From positions 9,900-73,899 of the forward strand of contig MNCI01003375.1 in NCBI GenBank assembly GCA_015680685.1: a stretch of DNA of 64,000 bases, written 5' to 3'. The notes below the pieces were generated by a model. The model was not told the origin of the DNA, made no database searches, and saw only the letters and a list, made by a program, of their open reading frames with translations. This stretch comes from Gnetum montanum. Lineage: Eukaryota; Plantae; Gnetophyta. Below are positions 37,699 to 50,857 of the stretch, one piece after another; position 1 is the stretch's first letter; every line of letters starts with the position of its first letter. Both the position numbers and the translations under genes were made by a program.

Positions 37699-38405
37699 TG
37701 ATGAGTAGTAAGTAGTCCCTCTGCACAACCATATGAATCACAAGTGATCACTAGCAATCTAGTTGAATTTCATGGACTTGGGACCAAGTGTACTGATAGA
37801 TAAAGATAGTGACATGGGAGAATATGATCATTGTCTTCTTGACTCTCACTTGTGTAAGTGCATTTGTATGGTTAAGTGTAAGCTAAGGTACATGATATTT
37901 ATTTATATTTTATATTTTTATTTATCTAATATAACTATTATATGAAGGAAAATTAATAAGAAATTAACTACTTAACTATCTAATGATTCTTTAAGCTAAC
38001 CAACCTAACATAAGCATTTGGGCCCACTCTCCATACGCATCCTAAACTTGTTCTAATGCTATTGGGTTACCAAGTATCTATTTTAGGTGTAACAAATAGC
38101 CACTGCTGGGATTACCAAGAGTTATATGGTATGTTCGATGTGGTTGTACTTATGTGTTGATTATTAAATGCATTAATTAACTAAGGACATGAATGTAAAT
38201 TGCATGAATAATAAAGTGCATGAAGTAAACATTAATCTATTCTAAGTGCTACAAGGAGTTCCAAGAATCTTATCTTTATTGCCATCATATTAATGTATCT
38301 AGGTACAATGATGTTCAAATAAGGATCTGTACAATTCCTTGGAGTGCTACTAAGGGCACTTAGAAAATATTGTAACTCTTATAGAAAAAAACTACAAGAA
38401 CTTGA
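37699..38405 (-). repeat. Truncated, older Athila-family LTR fragment
   Basis: TGATGAGT..CAACCATATGAAT..TGTATGGTTAAGT colinear with 12475-13130; U3 end missing. Confidence 0.8.
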
Positions 38406-38409
38406 TTGG

Positions 38410-40719
38410 TAAGTATTTTATGATCTTTTTTTACAATATTTTGGTGTACAACTTTAATGAGGAGAAGAATTTGGATAACTTGAGGAGGATGTATCTTAAG
38501 TTGAAGGAGGCATAGTTGATGATTAATGTGAAGAAAAGTCATTTCTTCAAGAGGAAAATCACATATTTGGAGCATGTGGTTTCTAAAGTCCAAATTTGAA
38601 TGGAAGCTACAAAGGTGAAGGCAATTAGAGATTGGCCAACTCCTAAGAATGTTGGGGAGGTAAGATCATTCCTTGGTTTAGCAAGTTTTTATCGAAGGTT
38701 TATAAAACATTTCAATGATATTTCTTGGCCTATGTTTATTTTGTTGAAGAAAAATAAATATTTAAGGTAGGATGATGAAACAAAAAGGATCTTTGACTTA
38801 CTAAAAGTAAAAATAACCAGTGAACTGATGCTTGCAATTCCAAGTTTCTAGAAGCTTTTTCAAGTAGATATGGATGCAAGTTGACTTGTTGTTAGTGGGG
38901 TACTTTCATAAGAAGGTAGGCCTGTTGCTTTCTTTTTAGAAAAGTTGAATGAGTCAAGGTAAAAATATAGTTTATATGAGAAGTTCTATGCTATTCTTTA
39001 AGAAATCAAGCATTGGAGACATTACTTGTTGTCCAAGGAGTTTACTTTAATGAAAAATCATAAAACACTACAATTTCTAAACTCTCAAAAGAAGTTAAGT
39101 GTAAAGCACATGAAGTGGATTGCACAATTACAGAAGTTTAATTCTATCCTTTAACACAAAAATGAGAAATCAAATGTGATGGATAATGCATTATCAAGTT
39201 TGTATGTGATAAATTTCAATGTACCTAATGTTGAAGGTATGGGTGATTTTCCTCATTTATATGATTATGATTTACATTTTTGATAGGTTTAAAGGAGCAT
39301 CAAAAATTCATTATTAAGTAGGATAGACTAATGGAGGGACTATCATATTTAAGATGAACTTTTATTCAAAAATGGAAAGGTATGTATTTCTAATTATAAT
39401 TCTAGAAAGAATATTTTGTTTGAAAAGTATTATAGTGGCATGGCAGGTCATTTGGGTAGGGATAAAACATGAGATCTTGTGGTCGAATACTATTTTTGAT
39501 CTAGTGTGGAAATGGAAGTTTTAAAATTTATGGAGTCTTTAACTTATTAGAAATTCAAAGGAGGTAAAGTAGTGAATGGACATTACCTATCTTTGCCAAT
39601 TCCTAAGGGTCCATGGAAAAGTGTGTCAATGGACTTTGTGAGTGGTGTTTCAAAGATCAAGAGTGCAAATGATGCAATTTTTATTGTAGTGAATAGGTTC
39701 TTTAAGATGACACACTTTATTCTGTGTAAAAAGGTAAGTGATGCTTCTCATGTAGCAAATTTATTTTTCCAGCATGTTGTGAAGTTACATGATATTCATT
39801 TGAATATTGTTAGTGACAAAGACTTCAAGTTCACTAGTCATTTTATAGGTCCCTTTGGAAAATTTTAGGGACAAAGTTGAATTTTTCTAGTGCATATCAT
39901 CCATAATCTAATGGTCAAACAAAGGTGATGAATAAATCCTTGTTGAATATATTGAGATATTTATGTGATGGACAACCGAATCAATGGGAAAATTTGCTAT
40001 GTTATGCTAAATCATCATATAATAATTTTTTTATGTTGTCATTGGTAAAAGCCCATTTGAGGTGAATTATGGTTTCTTATCTAAGATGGTGAAAAATTTG
40101 AAGAGCTTTGATGGTGAAGCTCAACTTAGTGTTAATTTTGCACAAGAGATGAAGGATTTTCATGCACAAGTGAAATCAAATCTTAAGAAGAATACTAAAG
40201 AGAGTATTCTCAAGAAGAATGAGGGTAATCAAAATTCTAACTTTTTAGTTGATAACTTGGTTTCGATTTACTTGAAGAAGATAAGATTGAGAGGTGTTAA
40301 CTTCTCCAAGTTGAAAGTTAAGAAGATGGGTCATTTTAGAATCAAGGCCAAAATTAATGGTAATGCTTTTAATATTTACTTACCCAATGATGTTGGCATG
40401 TCTTTTGTATTTAATGTTAGAGATCTTGTGCACTATCATGGACTAGTTGATGAGGAAACCATACAAGGTAGCATTGATGAGTTTAAGGGGGCTATTGAGT
40501 AGTCCAAGCCTTCAATGGAGAAGAAGGCAGTCATACACAATCAAAGGAAAGCTTCAAGCACTCAAGGAGTGAAAAGGCATGAGTACTTAATCTATTGAAA
40601 GAATCAATTCATATATGATATCATATGGGTTCATGAGACCAAAATTTATTAGTGGGGGATCATTCTACCCCTACTCCCTTATTCACATGAGTTCACTCTT
40701 TGAAGGATGCGAGGGATAG
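38410..40719 (+). pseudogene. CRM-like chromovirus pol pseudogene (RT end, RH, INT, chromodomain-like tail), 5'-truncated
   Basis: AIRDWPTPKNVGEVRSFLGLASFYRRFI, LPIPKGPWKSVSMDFV, KMGHFRIKAKINGNAF, HEYLIY(W)KNQ..DIIWVHE. Confidence 0.88.
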
Positions 40720-41570
40720 TGCAAGGATACCTCTTTTAATTCCCTTTCCTCTACACTACAAATGATTTATGTAGGTTTCAATAGGCTAGAGAGATGTCTT
40801 GAAGATCAAAGTAACATCTAGGCCAAGTTTAGGAACTTTCCAAGAGATGTACTAGGTCCAGGGAAGATGTCTTGACCTTGCTATAGTCATCCTAGATTTA
40901 ACTAAGATGACTCAATTCATAGTTGGGATGTCTCATAGATTGGGAGATGTCCCTCACATGGGTGAGACATCTCACACCTAATTAATACATCCCACCTATG
41001 TCTCAAGTTTGATAGCAAGAGAACCTTACAAGTCTCAAGATAACCCTTATGACTAGAAAAACTTTTGAAATGATCACTCCAAATTTGGAAATAGCCTAAG
41101 ATTCTCAAGTTGAGTTGGGGAAATATTTTTAGATTTCTTGTCTCCTAAATCCAATAAATATTAATGTTGTTTTATGTTTGTATGATTAATAAGAGAATTG
41201 ATGTGTGGCAAGAGTGTGAGAGACCACATTAAGTGAGTGCATGTGTGGTTACAACTCCAAGGTCAATTCTGTGATGTGTTAGCTTTTGTGTTTTTATGTC
41301 TCACTTGTGTGCTGTGATCTTAATCTTGAGTTGTAGGGGAGATTCTCTTTCAGTTATGCCTTGCATTGAGGACAATTATTATGTGGTTGAAGAGCCTCAT
41401 GCTCTAAAATATAGTTTGAGTGTGGTTAAGTATTTGGATGTTTTGTGGATTGTGAAACCTTGTTGTAATCTTCTTTGCAATAATTAAAGATAGCTAGTTT
41501 CCTTGTTTTCTAGCATATTGATTTATCTTTTCATAATTTTTAAAGTTAGTGGGTTTATATATTAATTTTT
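40720..41570 (+). repeat. 3' LTR of the CRM-like element (right end approximate)
   Basis: Follows a purine tract (GAAGGATGCGAGGGATAG); homologous to 44880-45708 on the minus strand. Confidence 0.65.
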
Positions 41571-43099
41571 ATTGGATTGAACCTCTTCATCATCATCATG
41601 GATGTTGATGTCAACAAGTTCCTTGTTATGTTGATCTTAATATTGATAAGTTCTACTCATATTGATGTTAGGATGGTTCACCAAGTAGTCCAACATGTTT
41701 TACTTCTGTTGAACTTTAGCACTAGTCATTGCCTGAATTTCATCTCTAATGGTCAATTATTCCATCACTTTATTTTTATCATGCTCCTTCAGTTCCATAG
41801 GCTAATAAAAATTTTTGAGGAAAGAATCCAAGTTTTTGAGAGCTTCATAGGAATCCAACATTTTTAGCTCACTCTTAGTGATTATAATGTTAAGCTTCCA
41901 TTTTATACATGCAATCTTGTACTTATTTTTACTCATGTATGTCATGAATGCTCAAGCCTTTTACATTTCAATTAGTTTATGAATTTAGAAGTTGTGAGAT
42001 GAATCACATCCTTGTCCAAAAATGGTATTAAAGAATGTCTTTTACACGTATTCAAAAATAAGGATCAAGTGCTTAGTGGAGAATAAACTAAGTAAAAGAG
42101 CTAAAAGTGTAAAACATTCTATGTTGGAATGGAGCTATAGGTTTTTAGATGATGGGTTCCTAACACTAAAAAAACTATTGGGCTTCCTTCTAGTGCCAAA
42201 AAATGGTTTTGCAAAATTATTTTTCTATAACATTGCAAGGACACATCTATGAATTAGATGTTAATTGTCTAACTTGCAATTGTAAATGGTCTTCAAGTCA
42301 ATATAATTCTTGATATATCAACAATTATGAAATGAAGGAGAATGGTCCTCTAGTCAAATACAAACTTATCCTACCATTCATAAGCCAAGAATGGTAGGAG
42401 AATGATGAGAAAATGATAAGCTTAAGTGTAGAATTGACAACATTTAAATTATGTAAATAAAAACTATGAGGAAGGATAGAGATCAACTATGAGTAATGTG
42501 AAATAAAATATCAATATGAAAATTATAATTAGAATGACTTAAATATAATATATGAGAAGACTGATGTAAGGAAAAGGATTTTAGCATTCCCCTTCCAATG
42601 ATTGATCATTCTTTATTAATTAAACATAAAGTTTTCCTCCTATGTATTAAAGCTTTTTAATGTTTAAATCACCAAGTCAAAGATATTAATGATAGTTTGA
42701 TGACTGTTAAAAATGAGACAAACATACATCATGTACATAGATTAAATCCACATGATGTCATACATGTTAAATACATAAACTAATAAGAATAGAAAAAAAA
42801 AGGAGAGAAACCCTAGTATCTCTATTATACTACATTGTGCTATGTTTTAATGCTACACAATGTTATTGTTCTACACATTTATTGGACCAGGATTAATAAT
42901 TATATAGTGATAATAAAATAGTCACATTCAAGGAACAAATAAACATAATGATTAGCTATTATTATTTAATATACTTGATTAAATATAACTAACTTAACAC
43001 TTATTATAAAACATCGTAAATGATTCTATACACCATCATAGTGTATACCAAAGTTCATGGTGTAACTACATATAAACATAAACTAGCATGTTAAGCTTG

Positions 43100-44706
43100 T
43101 TAGAATACATCAAATCTTCAATATTGAGGACCAAACCTACAAGTGGTGTTGCAAAACATATAAGAAAAAAATTGATAATAGAGGCTTAATTTATAAGTTA
43201 AGTGATGGTTTAGATGATGAAATTAGACCTTTGGAAAGTGAATATGTGAGTAGGAAAGCTTCATGTAGGTCAAGAATCAATTTGAAACCAATACAAGGCT
43301 ATTTTCACTAAGTGTGTAGCAAGTGATGCTAGAGTTAAAAATAGTCTAACTTTGGATTAGTCATGTTGATGTTGAAATATTCTAACTATAGGGTAGTGAA
43401 ACAAGAACCATCAAACTAATGTTGATGATGTGTCAAGGTCAGCAATTGGGCTACTAGGAACTTAGGCACCAAATTGAACTCATGGGACTTAGATTACTAA
43501 GTAGAGCTCTGATGGTCATGGAGCATGCAAAAGATGCAAAGAGGTAGCTGCTTATGCTCTTGATCTCTCAAAATCCAAAAAAGTGCTTTGGATGTCAAGA
43601 AACTAACTTGAATTTTGGTTTTGATCTCATATTTATAGGCTTAGGATTTCAAATTCAACTTCAGAGTTGAGTGGAATTAATCAGAAGTTCATTTTTGAAA
43701 ATTACAACATGAAGTGTAGATTGGTGATGCTAAAAATATTTAACTCTAGTGTTGATGTTGAGCTAGAAAACTCTAACTCTGGTGCTAATTCTAAGCTAAA
43801 AAATTCTAACTTGGTAATGACATTAACATTAACACTAATGTTGACACTAGCATTAGTCTTAGTGTTAACTAGGAGATAGAAAAATTTTTAACATCCTTTC
43901 AAATTGTAATTCCAAATCTCCAAGATGTTCAAACTAATGCCAAATTATGTCATAATAATTCTTATATGATGTTGAGAAGCTCATGGACCTAGGAAATGTT
44001 GTCAAGTTCTAATCATAGTGACCTAGGATGATGTTGATGCAAGTAGGGTGATACTAACACTAACACTGGTCTATCATGTGTTACACTTAGAAAAATTTTC
44101 AATCATGAACCTTAAGATTTCCTTCAAACCTATCGAAATTAACATTTGATGCCTTGAAATTGATGTTCACTAGTTACCAAAGGGCTTGAGAATCCAAGAA
44201 TAAAGTCAAAATGCTAGTTTTTGCAAGTGAGAAGTACTAAGCCAATGTTAATGATGATTATGGAGATGTTGACATCACGTTAGCATCAATGTCACCTTTG
44301 TACTTAAAAAAAGTTTGCTTCCAAGGTTCCATGGTAAACTCACTAAAGTACCAAAATTTGATATCTATCATATTGAGACTATTATAAATGAGTCATTCAT
44401 GGTTTTATGGGGTTGAAACAAAGATTAAAAAGTAGTTTTAGCATAGGTAACATGGGCAAGGTGATCTAGCAGTGATGCTCACCTTTGACACTTATAAAAT
44501 TTTTCATTACCAAACCTTTCTAGGTCATCAAAAGTGTTACTCATATGCTAGGTTATAAGCTGAAATGATTCCTAGACATCTCTAGAGGTTGAAAATGTCT
44601 TGTATGACAATGTTTTAAAGCCATTTTGATGTTCAAACTTAGATGAAATAATGTTAAATCTGCACTTAGTCTTGGTGATTACAAAACCAAAAAAGTAGGT
44701 ACAACA
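43100..44706 (-). repeat. LTR-like remnant (left end uncertain)
   Basis: Minus strand starts TGTTGTACCTACTTTT; CCTATAAATA on minus near 43635; internal TGAYRYYA-type motif clusters; no TSD found. Confidence 0.45.
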
Positions 44707-44879
44707 GAAATGTCTATAAATATCTTCCACCTAATGCATTAGATGCACTATTTTTTATTCATAGTATAGTGAAGCCCTTGGTAATTTATTTTTTCAAAAT
44801 TTAGAATTTATCACTGAGTGCTTGTAGCATGAACTAAGTGAATTGTCTATAATCTTATTTATGTGATTATGTATGTGAA

Positions 44880-47800
44880 ATAGAGTAAGGTCACTCTAAT
44901 TTGCTTAAACCCTTCAAAAGACACCAAATCTAGATTGAGTGCAAGATAATTTAATTTCATGAAAATAATAAAGCTAGCTCTATGCTATTAAAACTAAAAG
45001 AAAATTATAAATACAATGGAACCATAATTTCATAGAATCACAACACTCACTCAAAAATATTGCATAGCATGAGGCTCTACAACCACACACATGATTGACC
45101 TCAATGTAAGATGTAATTGATTCATATCTCTTCCTCATACAAGATCAAGATTAAACATTGATAGTTATGGTAAATACCACCACACACAGTTGACCACTGA
45201 GATGCACACCACTCTCATGGAATCTCACTTACTCTTATGTCAAAACATACAATATGAATCTAATATTTATCAAACACAAAGTTATAACCCTAAGAAAACA
45301 TTTTTCATATTAAAATTCATATTCTTTTTTGTTTTCTGTATTAGAATTGTCACATCAAAAATTTCCATGACTGAATAAGATGTCTATAGGCTTGATAAGA
45401 TGTCTCTCTACCAAATCCATCATTCAAACCAAACATCTTCTCTGAAGACAAGATGTTTCTTTTGAGAATAAGACATCTCTAACAAGACATCTATACTACT
45501 GTAAAGACATCTACACTACTAGGAAGATGTCATCTTTGGCATCTCAACTCTTAGGTAAGACATCTTCTAGGTCGCCAAGACATCTTTTATGACATCATAG
45601 CTCTCAGGAAATACATTTATAAAGGTCTAAGACATCTTCTAAACTATCCAAAACCTTCATTCTTCCATCTCTAGGGATGAAAAGGGATTCAAAAGAGGTG
45701 TCTTTATACTAACTATTTCACCCTTCAAAAAGTTAACTCGAGCAAATAATGGAGTAGGAGTAAAAGTAATCCCCCACTCAACCCACTCAACAAGTTTGGT
45801 CTCGTGGACCCTTACAACATCATCCATAGTTTGATCCTTCCAATGGATAAATTATTCATGTTTCTTCACTCCATACGTGTGGGTAGCTTTCCTCTTCTTA
45901 AGTACAATAACCTTCCTCTTCTATGAAGGCTTAGACCTATTAATAGCCCCCTTCAACTCATCGATGCTACCTTGTGAGATTTTATCATCTACTAGCACAT
46001 GGTAATGCATAATATCTATAACATTAAAAATAACGGACATGCCCACATCATTTGGTAAGTCAATTTCAAAAGCATTATCATTGATTTTCTCCTTTATCCT
46101 AAAATGACCCATCTTGTTTGTCTTCACTTTTGAGAAGTTGATACTTTTCAACCTCTTCTTCTTTAAGTGCACCCAAACAAGGTCACCAATAGCAAATTTC
46201 AACTTCCTATTATTATCATTCATCTTTAGCATTCTTTCTTCAACCTTGCTCTCAAGATTTTTCTTCACTTGAGCATGAAGATCCTTTATCTCTTGTATAA
46301 ACTCAACACTCAATTGAGCTTCTTCTTCAAAGATCCTAACATTGTCCTCCATCTTTGGACAAAAGCCATAGTTAACCTTCAATGGGCTCTTCCAAATAGT
46401 AACATGAAAAGCATTATTATAGAAAAACTTAGCATGACACAACAAATTCTCCCATCTATTAGGTTGTCCTTCACACAAACACCTCAAGATATTCAGTAAA
46501 TATTTATTGACCATTTCAGTTTGCCTCTCAATCTATGAATTATATGTACTAGAAATTTCAACTTTATCCCAACAATTATCTAAAGGGACCTTCAAAAATG
46601 ACTAGTAAACTTGGAGTCCCTATCACTAACAACACTCAAAGGAATCCCATGTAACTTCACAACATGCTGGAAAAAAATTTGCAATATAAGATGCATCACT
46701 CATCTTTTTGCATAGATGAAGTGTGCCATCTTGGAGAATTTGTCCACCATAACAAAGATAACATCGTTCCCACTTTGGATCTTTGGAATCCCTCTCACAA
46801 AGTCCATTGACACACCTTTCCAAGAGCCCTTGGAAATTGACAAAGGTATATAATGTCTACTAACTCCTTTACTTCCCTTGAATTTCTAATATGTCAAACA
46901 CTCCTTCACAAATTTGGACACTTTAGAAATCATTCCAAGCTAAAAATAGTATCTAGCTACAAGCTATAATATCTTATCTTTGCCCATATGACCTATCATG
47001 CCACCACAATGTTTTTCAACCAAAATATTTTTTCTAAAATAATACTATTAACACAAACCTTTTCATTCTTAAATAGTATTTTATTTTGAATATGATAGTT
47101 CCTCCATTGATCTATCCTACTCAATAATGGCTCTTTAAGGCTTATCCAAACCTACCCAAAATCTAAATCATTTTCATACAAATTCACAAAATTATTCATA
47201 CTTTCCACATGAGGCAGATTGAAATTCATCACATGCACCATAAACAAAGCATCAGTGAGCACAATAAATTTCTCACTCTTGTACTTGAGCACCAATTGAA
47301 CCCCTATAATTATGACACCCACTTCATATTTTGACACTCAGCACTTTTTGAGATTTGATAAATTGAAGTGCTTTATGATTAATCATCAAGATGAACTTCT
47401 TGGGAAATAAGTGATGCCTCTAATGACTAATTGCTTAAAGAATAATATACAATTCCTTCTCATATATTCTATTTTTCTACATTGATTCATTTAACTTCTC
47501 TAAAAAGAAAGCAATAGGCCTTTCTTCTTGTGCAAGCATCCCTTCAAAAGCAAGTTCACTTGCATCCACCTCCATATGAAAAAGCTTCTAGAAATCTAGT
47601 ACTGCAAGCACTTGTTCACTAGGTATTTTTTCCTTCAACAAGTCAAAGCTTCTGTGGGTCTCATCACCCCACCTAAAATATTAATTCTTCTTAAGCAAAG
47701 AAAACATAGGTCATGATATACCACTAAATTTTTTTACAAATCTTTTGTTAAAATCTACTAAACCAAGAAATTATTTTACATCCCCAACATTTGTAGGAGT

Positions 47801-49985
47801 TGGCCAATCTCTAATAGCCTTCACCTTGATAGCTTTTATTTGAATTTGATTTCTAGAAATCACATGTTCCAAATATGTGATCTCCCTCTTGAATAAGTAA
47901 CTCTTTTTTACATTGATCACTAAATATGCCTCCTCCAACTTAAGAGACCCTCTCCTCAAGCGATCTAAATGCTCTTTTTTATTAGAGCTTTACATGAAAA
48001 TATCATTAGAGAAGATAATACAATACTTATCAATAAAATCCTTAAGGACATCATGCATCATCCTCATGAATGTAGTAATAGCATTTGTGAGCCTAAATAA
48101 CATCACCATATACTTAAACAATCCATCTAGTATCTTGAAAGCTATTTTTCATTCATCACCAAGCTTAATCCAAATTTGATGTTATCCACTCTTCAAATCA
48201 ATATTGTTGAAAATCTCTGAATTGTTAACAACATCAAGGATATCATCCATTTCTAGAATAGGAAATCTATACCTCATTGTTATCTTGTTTATAGTTGTAG
48301 AGTCCATGTAGATTCTCCCTTCTTTAATGTTCTTCTTTACCACAAGCATTGCTAAAACTGCACAAGGAGAAATTCACTTCCTCATAAAGCCATTAACAAG
48401 TAACTCCTCTACCTGCCTTCACAATTTAGCCTATTGATTTGATGCCATTTGGCATGCCCTTTCATGTGAAATGATAGCACTAAAAATAAATTTAATTTGA
48501 TGCTACTAACTTCTCATTGGTGGCAATCCATACAATTTTCCTTTGAACACTTTGGGAAATTTCTCCTTCAAGCCTAGCACACATGTTGGAAGTTCTACTT
48601 GCACAACATCAAGGTTATAAGCAATAGTTAATACAATCACAAAAATAAAACTATCCTCATCATGTTTCATAATGTATTTTCTCCCATAAGAAGAATTAAA
48701 TAAGCATTAAGTGAGCTTTTCTATCTCGCTTAATTAGTTATCATAGGAATCAACTTGTCGATTTCATCTAGTCCAGTTACACACCTCAAATTCCCTGCTC
48801 TATCAAATTAAGCACCATTATCAAGATTCTAAGAACTTCTAATAATTACATCAGCATAATCAATTGGTAGTACATTACATTTTACAACATCATGATAAGT
48901 TCCAATTTTAAATTTTAAGACATATTACTTTCTTACCTCTTGAGAGAAACCTCTTAACAACCAATACACCTTGTAGGATCTAGGATGAGGATTTGTTACT
49001 AAAGCAAATCTATCAATTTTCTTAGAGGATATAACATTTTCTTGGGCTCACCCATCAATCAAACTATAAATTCATTCCCTATTAACAAAACATCTAACCT
49101 CAATCTGAAACAACAACTTTCTTGATGAATGATCTCCTATATTCACAATTCCCAAAAATGCATAAGAATTCAATTCAAAAGCTTCCTTAATTTTTGGATC
49201 ATTAGGATTACCTCTTTAAAGAGCTTGGTTGGAAATTTATGCTACCTTCTTGGCTTGTATATTCTTGCCCTTGGCTATCTTTTGAAGTGAACATTCTCAT
49301 TGCTTGTGTTCCCACTCTCCACATTTGAAGCATTAAATCTTGTATGAGTTATTACCTTGACCCTTACCTTTTTTTCCTTGATCTTTTTTGGCCTTTTACT
49401 TTTCATACCCCTTCTCTTACTTCTTGTCATGGCCACCATCTTTGTCTTCAGATTTTGACTTGGATCTCTTTTCTAATTTGAATACTTTTTTCTTCCCTTT
49501 TGAAGTTTGTTTGTTTATATTCCCAAATCCATTGAGTTTCCAAATCATAAGTCTCATCAAGGATTTGAGGCTCATAGAATGAAAAATACTACTAATACTT
49601 TATCTTGAGAGTGTCAAGAAAGATTAAAGCATGTTCATATTCCTCCTAGTTTATCTTAGCTTGATAGAATAGTTCACAAATTTCAATGTAAAATTCCTAA
49701 CATCTTCATCTCCCTATCTAAGGAATTTAAGCTTCATGATTATCTCTTAACTTTTCTGAGTTTGTTTAAATTTCTATTTCAACCTATATTTCATGAAATA
49801 CCAATCCCTAATAGGTTGATCATTTTTCCTCTAATAACTTTGGGACTCTTTTTTCCATCAAGTTGAAGCCATACTTCTAGTTTGGATTTAGAAACCAATA
49901 CCCTTAGATGATTTGATACCTCATCAAGCTTAAAATGCTTATCAAGTACCTTCACCAAACTTGCAAAATTATTGGTACCATGCAA
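44880..49985 (-). mobile_element. Degenerate CRM-like chromovirus (gag-PR-RT-RH-INT-chromodomain-like tail plus 3' LTR 44880-45708; 5' end lost)
   Basis: gag (LDKHFKLDEV..RVLV, CFKCGE), PR (LIDG..QENVIS), RT, AIRDWPTP, VWVHLKKKRL..KMGHFRIKEKINDNAFEIDLP; close relative of 38410-41570 in opposite orientation. Confidence 0.88.
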
Positions 49986-50604
49986 AGCTCTCCACCATGC
50001 TTGTTGAATTGGTTGGTCAACATTAAAGTGCATGAATTAATGAATTTTACTTCTTGTGGCTTCCATGCTAAGGGATTGAATTTTCCACGTTNNNNNNNNN
50101 NNNNNNNNNNNNNNNNNNNNNNNNNNNNNNNNNNNNNNNNNNNNNNNNNNNNNNNNNNNNNGGAGGTGGGAGGTAGCAACACTTTCTAAGATAAGGGGAA
50201 AAAATTTCCAAGTTATGCATTTGGTCTCCATGTTGAAGGGGTGAAAGTTCACAAACCCCCCATGCTTCCATGCTAGGGGTAGGTGATATCTACCCTCCTA
50301 TAAGTGTTTCCAACATAGAAAAATGCACATCCCCCGTAAAATCCATCAAATTTTCCTTTTTGGAATTTCAAAAATCTCTCTCCCCCCACAAAAGCCCAAA
50401 TATAGACACTAGATGACTTTTTTCACTTAGGGAATGAGGCTTTGACCACTTATGAGGCATTTTTCAACCCCAAAGGTATAATGTGAAATTTCTCATTATG
50501 GGTTACAATTTTCCCATTTACAATGAAATTTTTCCTCAGGTTTCATGGGGTGAAAGCTACATGATGAAGATTGGTTATAACATGCAAAATTTTTTAGTGT
50601 TTCA
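49986..50604 (-). repeat. Truncated 3' LTR of Tat element B
   Basis: Matches 11512-12080; abuts CRM gag sequence at ~49985 without a CA end or TSD, implying a deletion. Confidence 0.82.
50092..50161. other. Assembly gap (N run) inside the Tat B 3' LTR
   Basis: Continuous Ns. Confidence 0.99.
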
Positions 50605-50857
50605 ATGGCCCCTCTTTGTTGGTTCTTGTAGGATTGACCCAAGAGGCATCGACAAAGAATACAAAACACCATTGCATATTTTAACACCACAATGTATATA
50701 GGCCACATGAGAATCAAGCCATCTAGGTCACCAATGTTGCTATTTTAAGGCTTTAGCAGGCCATGGTACTAGTTCAAGGCCCTAGCACACCATGTTTTCC
50801 AGTTGAAGGTCATAGCAAACCATTGAAAATAGGCTCACTAGTTGATGATCTGTTGGG

